The translations under genes were made by a program, and so were the position numbers. DNA of 64,000 bases, from the NCBI GenBank assembly GCA_030704615.1, contig CM060733.1:75516001-75580000 (forward strand). The letters run 5' to 3'. Source of the stretch: Takakia lepidozioides (Eukaryota; Plantae; Bryophyta). The notes under the pieces were generated by a model. That model was given only the letters and a program-made list of their open reading frames with translations. It was not told the origin of the DNA and searched no databases. Shown piece after piece: positions 25,001 to 38,617 of the stretch (its first letter is position 1; each line of letters starts with the position of its first letter).

Positions 25001-28000
25001 CGATACAGCCACACCCTGTCAAGCTCTGACATCAACCACAAACTCCTGCACTCTTGGCCTAGAAGTCAAAGGTCCAGAGGTAGACAATGTGACCAAAAAG
25101 CCTGTCTTCAAGGAGGAATTTTAGAGCAGAAGAATCTGGGTCATGTACATGGCCTATCTACACAGTACAATAAAAAACTGTATCACATCACTCAACCTTG
25201 GGATTCTTGACAGCTGCCTACAACCAAGCTCAGACATCACCTTTCTTGCCGATCACATTACCTCTAGAGGCTGAACCAAGGGAAAAGTGAAATCAATGAA
25301 CATGTCTACTTATAATACCTTGCAGACGAGTCAACAGCTGCTCGCATGGCTTCTGTGAGAGGGGAGAGCATGCTATTGAAAAATTGTTGCTTAAAGAGAG
25401 GCCGGATCACGGCATGATGAGCTTTGTTGAGGCACACCTCACTGTCTTTTACAATAATGCCCAAGCCCTCAGCTGCCGCCATTGCTGTGGTATATTCACT
25501 TTCCTGGAGCACTCAAATAATTGTGATGTAAGTGAAGCCTCCTCCCAAACATGGAAGTTGCTTATTCCAGAGGAGATCTGTGAGATTCTCGATTTTGAGT
25601 ATAAGGAAGTCCCTTGATGGATTGCACATTGCTCAGGGAGTAAGGAAGTTGGAAGGGGCACTTCTCCTTCATGGCACATACCATATACTTCTCTGGGCCA
25701 TCGGGGCCTTACTTCAGCAAATGAAATCTTCTGGAAGCAAACCTTCCAGGTTGTTTGCATCCACATTTCAGACAGAGGTTACTTCCTATCCAGAAATTGC
25801 AAAGAGTGATGAAGCATTGCATACATCAAACCATCCCAAATCACAGCCTTTGGCTGGCCAAAGAACTTAGAAATCAGATGAAGTGTAATTACTTTGCCAG
25901 GGGGGCCTGGGGTTGCCCATTAGCCAAGAGCAGATGCAGCAAGGTGGGGTTGAGGGTCCACGACCTCAATCAGAGTTGGCCCATATGTGGGTAGAGAGAT
26001 CTGAGTAGCAGATACAAGCTCGATGAGGAATAGAAGGGATCTGATGTCGCAAGGTGGGCAATTTTACAACCAAGCCATGCAGAAACATTATAAAACGACG
26101 AACTAGATGTTGCCAGACCTGTGGTGTTTTGTTAGTCCCTGACAGGAGGAGGCGCAACAGCACCCCTGCCACATCAGCAATTCTGCTATGGCCTCGCATT
26201 GCTAATCCTTTCCCTGCCCATGCAAGCCCACGGACCCTGCAAACCATCTGGTGCACCATAGCTTCACCTCCAACTCCCTTAGCAAGCCCCTGAAGGTTGG
26301 GATTCTCATCTTTCACCTCAACTAGCCACCCTTCGTCTAGCACAACGCGAACAGCATCCTCCAAAGCAAAAGGAGGCCCCTGTCATCATGAAGATTGTAA
26401 GTTGCCGATATTACTGTAGTTCTCAGCAACCAATGGGGTCTTTGTGAACGGAAGGCAGAAATAGAAAAATCTGGAAAATCTGTACTGCACTTAGATGTTG
26501 GATATGAGAGAGCACAGTGGACAGAAAGATGACCATAACAGGAGAATGGTCCTATACCAGGAGAGATTGCAAAAGAGAGGTCGAAAGAGACGTAAGCTGT
26601 AAGAGTGAGGGGATAAAAAAGGTTGACTAAACGTAAATTATGGTGTCAGTTCACCCCAAGGGTTATTGGAAGGTGAGTGATGGGATATATCTGAATCCAA
26701 GAGAAACAATGAATTGCCTACAACTTTAGAGAAAGATGCGGACTTGAAACCTCCACAAGTGCTTATTGAATGCCTCAACATACAATAAGAACCTGGAAGT
26801 AGGAGCGAAAGAACATAACATTGTCACAAAATTCAGACTCAAAAGTCATTTAGCAACCTCTTCTCCAGACTCAGCTGTCCATTTGTTCAACAGTGAAGCC
26901 ACTGCCTGGGCAGCTGCCTCAGTGACAAGAGGGAACCCTCCCATGGCTGCCAACACCAACTCCTGCACAAGCTCTTGTTTTTTTGGAACTTCTGTCAACC
27001 GTCTCAATGACACGACAACTGATGCTACGAGGGCCACCAGCCACTCCTTCCGCTTTGCTCTAGCTTTGGTCGTGTGGGCTCCTATGAGGTTCCAGCCCAA
27101 AGCAGAGCTTTCAGGTTGCAGGTTGTGGGCCAATTCGTGCAGCAACTCCATCCCCTTCTGTATAATTTCTTTCTGTGCTGCTGTTTCAGACTTCTGTACT
27201 GCTATTCGAATGGCCTCCATGCTCCATCTCAGCATCTACAACATGAAAGAAAAGTGAGGTCGGTCATCCTCTGTAACAGCCTAGTTGCATGATTCAGGAC
27301 CTGTAGTTTGTACTCCAAAATTTATCAACACAATTCTCAGAAAACCTGAACATACAACACAACACAGAAAACTGACCATCGCCTGTGACAGTGCAAAGCT
27401 AACAACATCATCCGTCCCAAACGACAGAATCTGGAGAGGAATATCAATGTAAATACATTGACACTCTGGAGATTTATGGCATGCTCATGGTTCACCAATC
27501 ATTAAGGGGATTAGCATTGATAATCCTAATGAAGAGCAACAGTCGAAGGTGCATTAGACAGCAGCTATTCAAAATATGAAACCTAAGTAAAGAACCAACA
27601 TACCACAGCATCAACTCCGAAGGCCAAGGATTAAAATGATCCAGAGCAAGAACATGACAAAAAGTGGCCAGAAGAGTGTACAACTTTTTGGATGCAACTA
27701 CATAATGTCCCACAATTTCCACTAAAAACATCCAACACTCCTTCAAGTTGTTACATTTAGCTGTGAGACCAGAAAATGACAGTGGGAGTACAGAGGTATC
27801 CAAACCTTACTTCTTCATCAACATGCAGACCTGCAGAGGGTAGGAACCACAAAATGTCCATTGCAATTTTGGCTGCCACCGCCCGATCTGAATCTCTACC
27901 CTCACATCTGCATACTTGAAGATACATTGGTTAGAGAAAGACTTTGCGTGTCCATATGGTGAAGGAATCAAACAGATAAGGAATAGATAGTTATGTTGCA

Positions 28001-31000
28001 AATCAACTCACAAGTGAGAAAAGCACCGGAAAAAAGAGAAGGGAGGGTGCAAAGGAGCACCATCACTCACGCCAGAAAACAGGTTTTGGGAAGTTCCAAA
28101 AGGTTTCCTGTTTCAGTTTGCAAAACTAGTTGAAATTATTGCCACATTATATAACCATGTGAGAGACTAGTTAAGCTTTGAACCCACATTTGAGAGGTAG
28201 GCAAAGATTAAAAGATAACCAGATCAAAGGAATGCAGAAAGCATGCAGTCTCATCACTTGGCAAGTCAATCCAAGAGAACAAGACCATCACCGAGAAGTT
28301 ATTGCCACATTACAGTAGGATGGCATACCATGCCATAGCGGCACCAAATTCCTAATTAATTTTTAGATGGATAATAGGCCAAACTCCGGGGAGAAAACAA
28401 ACATGCACCCAACATAGCCAGAAGAATGAGCAGAGAGAGGAGACAGGAGAGTTGCTTAGCCAAGCTCACTGTTTCAGCTCCAATAACTCCTCAAAAGGGT
28501 TTCCTGAAATCCTTACAGAGGCAGGAGGTCCTTTGACAGGCATCGCAACACAGCGACCACCTTCCCAACCAGCTCAACCCGCTCATCATCTGCCTGCTTT
28601 CGAGAAGAACACGAACACATTCCAGCTTCACTACAATTGGGGTACATCTTAATACAAGATAGCCAGCGCAAGGCAGAGTTTCAGCCTGTCAGCAGCTCAT
28701 GCAACACAGTTGGGTGCTTACTCAGTAGTAACGGAAAATCCTGGACAACACAATAGTGATTCGTAGGGTGTCAGCTGGCACTGGTACCAATTCGTATTGC
28801 GATCCCATGCTCAAATCAAGAAAAACGAGGTTACTAAATGGCTTGCTGACCCACACCTTCCATCTCCTTCAGAGACTCCCCGCTGTGAACTCTATCTGAC
28901 TCAATTATAGATGCTACAAACCACCAAAGGTTGTAGATGCTTACACAAGCCCTTAAGAAATCGGCATTGATCCCTCGTCGAAGACCTTCCAGCACCCTTT
29001 CAAGAGCCACAGGCCGTGGGCCAGCAATCATAGCCAGAGCCCCCAACTGCCTTTGCAGCAAAGTCCCTGACTTTTCTTCTTGAACTGCTTCCAGTAAGTG
29101 TGGAATAATTAATGTCAGTATCCCCACATCCCTTCCCCTTGCCTCAAACTGCTCCTCCTTGTTACTTATACTAACAAGAGCTGTGAGGGACTCATCCCAC
29201 AAGTTGTTAGACTGTGAATTGGCAGATAAGATGTCCTTGAATACAAAGAAGACATCACGCAACTGGTTATCAGACAACGGGGAAAGTGACCCTGGAAATG
29301 ATGCCAACGCCTCCAACCCAGCCACTGCCACATGTAAAAGCAAGCACCACCTGGTGTTGGTCAATAACATTCTCTTTCAAGAGTGAGCTTGTAGGCTTTT
29401 AAAACACTCGAACTCAACGGATGGAAGATAGATTTATTCCAGTACTACTAGCCATTCTCATGAATTCTCTGTGGATGAAAGTGGCCATCCAATCAGCTAA
29501 AACAGAATTGATGGTACTAGAAAATGCAGGAATTCTCACAGACTAATAAACTTTCCATTGAGATGAAAACATCCATCCTGAAGCACTTGTGAAGAGGAAG
29601 ATATGATTCTACCTCCAAGTTTTGAGAGTTCCTTCACATTGGAGGAAATGGCTTGACAAAATGCTGCGATAAGGTGAGGTGCAAGGCCCCCTAGCAGGTC
29701 TAGCCATCTTTCTGACAACTCTGGTGCAAATTCACAGAGAGAACCCTGACCAATGAGTGAAGTGGCACATTTTTTTGCCACATCGCTAGCTGCTAACAGG
29801 ATCATATTCACAACCTCCAATCCAACCGGAGTCTCTGAAATTTTCTTGTCAAGACCCGAATCATCCTCTTCTTCAAGAGAGCTGTGTTCCTTGGGTGATG
29901 TGCAAGAATTCTCTAGTTGGAAAGTATTTTCATCAGGTGAGCTGAGGGATTCTCTTTCTTTTGCTTCAAATAGCTTGAGAGACCGAAAACAGTCCTTCTC
30001 TGGTACAATACCCTTCAAAGCAACAAGACGTGTCAGAACTTGGCTGAAAATTGAACAACAGGAAGAGGGGGAGGCCCGTGCAGCTGCTGCAAGAACCTGC
30101 CCTGTCGCTTTCGCCCGAAGCTTTGCACGCTCATTCGCTACGGAGCTTGTACCAGGACTTGCCACACTATTTTCTTCATTTCTCTTGGGCAGAGAATCAC
30201 ACACATACACTCCACCAAGAGCATCCATTTCCACACATGCAAAAAGGTCCTCAACACACTCATCTTCCAGTACCAACCGCAAAGCCTCTCCAGGCTCTCT
30301 GGTCTTTGTCAGCTTCAGAAACGGCATCTGTGAGACATTATTCTCTCCTTGAAAAGTTTCAAAAGCTTCAACCCACTTGGTCAAGCAACTTAAGGCCTCC
30401 TGAACAATGTCAAAATCTTTTGGCTCTGCTAGTGTTGCTGAAGCTGGGACAGAAAGGGGCAGTAATTCTGTCTTGAGTGCCCCCCAAATGGCCCCCACAT
30501 GTTCGGATACTGCTCCAGCCCCATAAGCAATAGTGCAGTGGCCAAGGTAACTCAGCGAATCCAGCTGCAGAAGAGACAAAGTCGGCATGTTAACTTACAA
30601 GCCAAAGAGTTGCAACTCGGATACATTGAGAAGATGAAGACAGTGGAAAGCAATGGCCTGAACAAGGAATCTCTCCCCCTTTCCCTCTCCATCATTCTGA
30701 TGCATCCCTAACCCTCCTTTGCTTACCCCATAGTTCCTGCTCTCTGGAGGACAAACAAAGTTGCAGGTTGAACGGTAAGAGGCATAAGTCGTTACCACCA
30801 ACCTTTGCCTTCTGAAGGCTAGATGACAGCTTTTCTAGTAGCAGAGGGATGCAGACTGGAGCAAACAGATGTGTGCATGCAAATACCCTCTGCAGAAAAA
30901 CAGATTACAAATATAAAAGCTCTGCCACAAGCATGCAGCCTCCAAATATTTGATTCAACACAACCAAGACAATGGTATGGTATTTCACTATCGTTATCAA

Positions 31001-34000
31001 ATGTTTGTCTACTTGGTTTGTTTAGCACACGCTGTCATTGACAGCTGTAACTATGAAAAAATATATAACTAGTAGTGAAATATTTTACTATAACCTATGA
31101 CACAACTAGGACAAACAGGTATAGACATGATTTACACTGTCTGCCACAAATCACTTGCATCATCATTACATTCAACTCATTGTTTATGTGACATGCTTGG
31201 ACTTTGTCATCTCACACATCAAAGAGAATACATCCTCCTTTTTACAACATCAGACTTCATTGCAAAAAGTGCAAATGCTTTCATAAGGGCACTTTTGTAA
31301 TAAGATGTCAGACTCATAGTATGAAAACATCCATGCATAGGCATCACAAGAAGGGTCACAGCACGATGTTTGCAAGTACAACTCACAGATTGGAAGTGAC
31401 ATTGCTGTCCCTTCTTAGTCCAAGTCGCATCCCTATGTCGTTTAACTACTCCTTGCAGGCCTTTTGAACCACAAAGCATCTACAATATGAACACTAGAGC
31501 ACCAAGTCCAAAAGATGAAAGAAAGTTACATATGGGGAAAAAGTACATACCTTAAGGCCTGTCGCTAGGTCCTCTCTTGTCAGTCCCCCATGGCCTGGCA
31601 GCTGCAAATAAACCCACGAGTAAATAAAGAAAGAAAAGACTATCATGCTAAAAAGAAGCATCTCCACTTGGTATGGCAGAACCTATGTACCTAGTAGTAT
31701 TAACCAGTGTTGACCCATTCTTACATATTTATAATACCCACTGGTTGGGGTATGTCAAAGATTCTGGTTTTGAATAACCAAAGTTTACGAGTATTATGAA
31801 CATATTAAATCCCAAGGTCCGGATATGCATCCAATTATTGCCTTTCAATGTTGGCAGGTATTGGCTGGGTATTACACCTGGATGTTGAATCTGTTTTCTA
31901 GATTTTAATACCTGCCAGTTGTCTACAAATGCCGGGTATTTGATTTTTTTAACCCGGCAAGCTGGTTCTTTGATGCCTGGGTTGATGCCGAGTGCAGACC
32001 TTGAGAACTGGTAACACTGGTAGTAACTTATCAGCTCAAACACTACAGGACTGAAGGGCACCTGATTTTCAGATAAATCCACTAGTTATGATTGACAATG
32101 TCTCTTGCACATATATTCCTGCTTCTAGCCAATCAGTGGAGTGACAGTATGAGAACACTAACAGCTTAGCTGCAACTCATCCAACTAGCAAGCATATACA
32201 ATAAACCTCCCTTAAGAACCCTAAGACTAGTTTTACTTGCGCCAGAATGAATCTTGGGACGTTAATGAAGATGTACTCACAGGGGTGAAGGAGATGGGGA
32301 AATAGCGGCTAACAATGTCAAAAAGCTCTTCAGCATAGTCGGCCAATGGGCCATCAGATTCTGGGAAGACTCCAGCCAACAACTCCACAATTCGAAATGC
32401 TAGTAACAGACACCGCGGATCTTTTTCTTCTTCAATGGCTGCACACACTGCATACAACAGATCTCCACCCTGCACAGGCGCTTCCATAAGCATCCCCACC
32501 CTTCGATCTGATTTCAATTGCTCAAACTCAGTGTACTTGATCTACAGAAGTGTCTAAGATTATTGATTGGCATGTATCCTCCTTAATATGTACTATTCAG
32601 TCCTCCATCACTATTTGAAGCAGAGAGCCTTTATGAAGCAAAAATATGGGAGCAGAAATGAGATGAAATGACATGTTAGGGCTTTTGGCTCTGGAGGTGG
32701 AACATGCTTCAATTTTGATGCTGAAGCTTAGGCTGCATCCCAGTGCACTGGCGGGCAGGTGAAGGTGGCTTGTGCTTACAAGTTAGATCTGGAAGCTTGG
32801 ACTCCTTGTTTTCTTTAGGGATTTTCTTGTGGAGTTTGGACCTTTCCCGTTGTGCTTCCCAGTGAAGTGACAGTCTGATGGAGGTGGCTTTTGGTAGAGT
32901 GGGCTTCTTGTTTAGGGCTCCTGCTTTCGGCCTTTGTGGCTTTTGTTGGTTTTGCCAAAGTTTTACATCAGGCAGTTCTCTTATAAATTTTGGTCTGGGG
33001 TCTTGTGCCTATCCTTATGGAGGAACACCAAAGAGACATGAAATGAATTGACACTTGGACGAAAAGAGAGAGAGAAGACGGAAACTTTATAGCGTCCACA
33101 AGTGTCCTGAGGGCCCATGGGAAGAAAGTAGAAGAAGAGACAGAGGAGAGTGTATGTGTGCATGTATGTGTGCAATATGCACATGAAAAAGGAGAAGGGC
33201 ATACCAAAGGAGCAACAGCAGCAGAGTGTTTGTCAAGGAGGCACTCCAGAAACTCTAAACAAAGCTGGAAACAACCAAACAAATAATCAGTTGTGGCCCC
33301 TTTATCTCATTTTAAGTAAGGCCCTGTAGGATTAAAGTGAAGATTAAAAGCAAGGAGCTTCTCTGCTTGCAACTGGACATGACCCTAACAAATCAACACC
33401 TAAAACAACAAGGCAATTTCTAGTTCAAGGTCGCTTAGCCTAGCAGTCCTCACTCATTATTTGAAAATAGGAGTGGGCCCAGTATGACAACAAGGAGAGA
33501 AGTCCATCACTCAAATACCTGAGATACACGAATTGAAATTACAGCACAGGAGTGGAGTGGAAAAAAAGAGAAAAGGTAAGAACAATGAATATGCGTAGAT
33601 ACACACAAGGATCAAGGCAGAGAAAAGAGATCGAGTAAGGTGATAAAAAGCGACAATGAGACAGAGCACAGAGAGGACAGCCATCGAGATGGAGTTTCAG
33701 AGAGGGTAGAGGGCCAGCAATAATATAGAAATGATTAACCATACTTGCTTTCGCCTTTCAGCTGCAGACCTTGTGATAGAGACAAAGATGGAGGGAGACA
33801 GGTAGCCATCCAGAAGAAAGAAGGCTTACAATGCGATCCTGTTGGGCCAAAGCCTGGATATGAAGATTCTCCACACCCAATCTCGCCATATCTCTTGCAG
33901 CCTCGGCCACCATTGCTCCCACATTTGGTACCCTTCTTAGTAGAGCCAAAGACCCAACAAGTGATCCCCGTAGAGAGTGCCAGTCAGCCTGGGCACAAAA

Positions 34001-36528
34001 GAGAACCAATGTTGTGTTCCCGTTAGTGAATCTATTACACTTATTGAGGGCAAGTAAATGGTCCATTCCCATGCTTAGACAAGTAAGCTTTGATTAGGGT
34101 GAGAGCTTATCCACACTTCCTCCTTGAACAAAATCCATAGACAAGTGGCAGCAAGAAACTGTACAGATGCCTTCTCTTCACTCAATGAAGTCCTACAACA
34201 CAGACAGTCCTTACAGCCCCTGAGAGTCATGGAACAGGAACTGTTCCATTTGGAAGAAGTCAGGGTGGATGCCACTGGACTAGATGAGCATCCTATATGT
34301 TGGAGGTGTCAAGGCTATAGCCCTTGCACGGCACTCTGAGAACAGAAAGGGTCGGGTAGCTCAGTGGTAGAGCACCCCACCGGAATGGGGGAGGTCCTAG
34401 GTTCAATCCCTAGCCCGACCATACGCCAGTGGTTTTCCAACACTATATTCATCTTGATTTTTAAGAAAAAGGTTGACTCCTGCTGAAGCAAGCGTAACAT
34501 ATGGTGCCCCTTCACCCCCAAAGGGCTACTGCCTTCCGGACACCTTCTAACGGCCGTAACCGGGGCAACACAGTTGCCTTGACACAGCGACCCCCCTTGT
34601 ATAGCTGGGTTGGCTATATTGGGTGACATCCAACATACACCTATGTGGCATTGAACCTACGACCACTTGTGAGGCGTTTTTGTGCCCTTCTCTGATTAAA
34701 TATATCAGAGAACCATTAAGTCTATTCTCATTTCAGTATGCACATGCTTTTCAGATAGAAATGATGCACTTACAAGGCAGGCAGTGTAAAAGGTAGCAAG
34801 ACTGTGAACTGTCGTATCCTCAAGTGGTGTTGCAGCCAGCCCAGCCAAAAGTTCAGCCAGAAGAAGTATCCCTGCACGCATCACACCACTCCGCTGAGAG
34901 CAGTTTAGCCAAACACGTGCATTAAGGACGCACTGCAATCAGATCTCCATGCCCTTTGAATATCAGTCCATCTCAAAGGAAGAGCATATTACACTGCACT
35001 TTCCAACTGTGTTTCCTTCTTTCTCAACTAGTTTTCAAATGATTTGAACCAGGACTAGCGAGGGTTCATACATGGAAGCATACCTCTGGCTCTCATAGTA
35101 TCATTGCTTGTCGTCAAATACTCGCCAAGGGTAGAGACCTGCATCCAAAAGGCAGCCACAAGAAATGACCTCATGCAATGTGTGGGAGAAGATGAGATAG
35201 GCTCGGAAAACTACATAACAACCCCTTACCCCCAACTCTAACCTCCACTCATAAATAACTACCACCAGGGTACTATTATATACCATCTTCAATTTTACAG
35301 CACATTTCGATACTTACTCTTGCTCAACAACTCCCTGAAAAATTCTGAGACCTTGCTTACTCCTCCATAGCACTCTGTAACTGAAAGTGAGCACTGTGAA
35401 AGCCTGGTGATTAGGTACCAAGATCCTGTCTACTAAACATTGCAGACAGTCTTGCCGTAATGTTTGAAAAAAAGGTGGAATTGACAAACAGATCACTTAG
35501 TAATTTAATAGGAGAATGGACACCATCATCGGAGATTTGAAAGCACAATGACCCATCTCTTCGCACGGCATGCTTCTCCATGCAGTTTTGAAGACCATTG
35601 ATATACCAGTGGCATAGCAATAGTTAGAAAACGTACAACTTGCTGTATGGTGATAGTTCTGTGAAGGAGTAGACCGATGATCGCATTGCAACTAGCAGCC
35701 TGTAAACCAGATTTGTTCATCATCAATTTCCCGGAGTGAATCTCAAAATTGTGAGACTTATCCCTCTTGGACACATTCTCACTGTGTTAGGTTACAATTG
35801 GTCAATTAAATACCCTGTGAAGACAATTCAAGAGAAGAGTGTAAGTTTTGTCTTCCACTCTAGGAAACATGGTTTTATTTTAGCCTCATGCAGATGCCGA
35901 TAAATCTTCTGTTTTGACCAGCCTACCAGTCTTAAATTCATATTCTCCATTTATAACAGTATAAAAACTCACAAATACGGGAAACTTGTTTACTTGCAAA
36001 CCACCACAAATTAGGGAAGCCGATACTCCCTGGCGGTTCTACGTTTTACACCATGGACGTACTTAGTTTTCATGGAGTGAATCGCGGCATGGAAAAGTTA
36101 GGACCCTGGCCTAAGTCGGCACGCTCAGCCAGTGTATCAGATTCATTCAGTCCTCTTTCAGCCCATTTGCTCGAACAATATCCATAGGTTAACAATTCCG
36201 GTTTCGCACTGGATTGATGGCATCTCGTATGTGGATAGCTGGCATATATCCGAAAAAACTACAACCATTAGCAATCTTCGAGCAAACCCCCGGAGGAAGG
36301 CCAATGAGAGGGCTGAGTTGCAGAAGCGCCTAGCCGTAGCCGAGGTTTTTTTCGGGGGGGGGGAGGAGGAGCTAGGGGCCGGTGGAGAGCCTAGCCGGTC
36401 AGCGACGCCGACCGGAGAGCCTGACCGAGGTGAATACAGAGAGTGAAAGGGCGAACCTGTTGAGCAGGCGCAACATCCCCATTCACAAAGACTTCCATTC
36501 GTGACACCAAAAATGAAGACACCGCCAT
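22005..36528 (-). CDS. MMS19: MMS19/MET18 cytosolic Fe-S assembly targeting factor, ~20 exons; last exon uncertain
   Basis: Exons: MAVSSFLVSRMEVFVNGDVAPAQQ (36528-36457); AASCNAIIGLL (35699-35637); YLTTSNDTMRARG (35138-35084); GILLLAELL; ADWHSLRGSLVGSLALLRR (33988-33830); EEKDPRCLLLAF..YFPISFT; CIPLLLEKLSS; LDSLSYL; WAGKGLAMRGH; IRPLFKQQFF; VIRQTSLQCL; DDPKRVVRKEAVRCRRVW (~22430-22352). Confidence 0.92.
31705..32019. mobile_element. hAT-type MITE in an MMS19 intron
   Basis: TIRs CAGTGTT..TTCT / AGAA..AACACTG; 8-bp TSD GTATTAAC / GTAGTAAC (1 mismatch). Confidence 0.75.
34350..34421 (+). tRNA. tRNA-like cloverleaf with an aberrant anticodon arm (pseudo-tRNA or SINE head)
   Basis: Acceptor stem GGTCGGG/CCCGACC+A; D-arm GCTC-AGTGGTA-GAGC; T-arm CTAGG-TTCAATC-CCTAG; anticodon arm CCCCA-CCGGAA-TGGGG lacks U33. 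Confidence 0.65.
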
Positions 36529-38617
36529 GCTTGTTCGTCTTCACTCATGTTGGTGCACTCCCGCCCTCGCCATCGACTTCCACCTCATTTGCTACTTCCA
36601 CTCCCTGTAGAACAAAATTCCCACCAGTGAACTGTGAATCTGGTCTCAAGAAAATAGACGTGGTTAGCTCTGCTGTAAGGGTACAAACTCTCGCGGGTAT
36701 TGAGCAATTCGGGATTGTGGACATCACTCGGGGAGTGTGATCATATATGCTCAGTACAGATCCCTCACTACCAATACATCCTTCAATTACAGACGTACCC
36801 AGTTCAGAAAACACTGTGACAAGATTGTTCCAGATATGGCTTCCGATTTGGGTCCAGACAACGACTACTTCATCTCTACAGTCCGTCCAACGCCCACGAT
36901 TCCGGGAATTTTCGCTTCTTCAGCGAAGTTGAACCCTACTGCTGAGGTATACTACTACAGATAACATTCATGAAGGTAATTTTACATTGTCAATCACCCA
37001 ACCCTTGACTGCATGGTTCAAAGCATTTCCATATTTGGAAGGCAACTTATATTAGCTTGAAAATCCCTAATCATAACCCTAACTTGGGTCTTAGGTCAGA
37101 AGTTGTCTTTCTCTCGCTCCCTGCACCTACCGTCGAATTCCTGCGTGAGCTTGCTGATTGTGATCTTAGCTTGCAGCCATGGGGTAAGATCTGGAATGTC
37201 ATATTGTTTTGATTAGGATTGCAACCACATTGGGTGAATTTAGCTCATGATTTTAGTCGGGATTTACTGAGTGTTTGTACTTCCAAGTCTCTTTGAAGCA
37301 ATTGAAGACTACGTCTCATGGTGGAACGTAAAATCACCTATGGTGGTAGGAGTCTCCTCAATGATTCCGTCTGCCACTTGGACGATGCTTCACAATATGA
37401 GGGTGGATGCTTTCTTCTCTTGCGGCTTCTGCTGGTGATGCTTCTTTTGACGAGGCTTATGCTTTTGTCTCTAAGAAACCTAAACCTAGGCCCATCAGGA
37501 TCGCCTTTGGACTTTTTTGAGCTGAGGAAACCTTTTGCAAAATTGTTAAGCTAGTTTCCTCCTCACGATTTTTGTTTTTTCTCCACGCCTATTTCTAGTC
37601 TTGGCTAGGTTGTGGGGCTGTCATCATGCAATCACGGACCGAGAATGGAGGCCACCCACAACTTCCAGATTCTAAAGTCAGTGCACAAAAATTATCTGCT
37701 AGAGAAGACTCTGTTTTCCTCGTCAGCAGGATAACTGCTAACACATAAATGTGCCTAAATGTCTGACCCTCAATTTGGTGGTGCCTCTTTTAGATGTTTT
37801 CTTTTTTGCATTTGGGTGCCCAAAAACCGGATAGAAATCTGCAGTTCACTACTCTAGTGAAATAACTCTCTGTGATGGCTAGAGTACAAACTGGATTTCA
37901 CCTCAAGTACCCAGACTCTCAGATTGAGCTGGACTGGTTGGTGTAGTTGTCCAGGGAGCATTTTAGGACTAGTCCTCAGCTGTTCAGAGCAGGTTGAACT
38001 TAACGAGTATTTGACCTCAATTGCAATCTAAATTACGAACCAAATATTTGGCTTGGACTTGTATCAGGTTCATTGTGCGCGGTTATCCAAATGGCCTCTC
38101 ATTTTAAGATAATAGGGTCTTCAATGGGCACGTGCGATGTGGCCGGTGGGCCCCACGCACGGACGCCCGCCTCCCCAACACCCCGCCCGCCCCGCCCGCC
38201 CTGCCCGCCGCTGCGCGCGGTCGCCTAGCCGCGGGCGTGCTGCAGCAACCGTGCCCGCCCCCCGTCCGCCGCGCGGCTAGTCCCCCGCCCACGAGTCCGC
38301 TACCCTCCAGTCTGCCAGTCCGGTGCTAGCCAGTCCGCTGCCCAACAGTCTGTCAGTCCGCCAGTCTATCCGCCAGTCCGCTGGCCAGTCCCCTGCCATC
38401 CAGTCCGCTGACGGCACAGGATCGCCACCGTCCATTCCCATAACCCATCCGAGCCCTCCATTTTTAGGGCTGCAATTCAAACTTGCATTCCTGTCGTCTT
38501 CCACTTGCCAGCAGCCGCGAACGTGCGCACTGTTCTCATGGCACGTTGTCGATCGTGTCTTGTACTGCGGCGCGTTTCTTGCATGTTCAGAAGCGTGTCA
38601 TTTGTACTGTATAGGGC

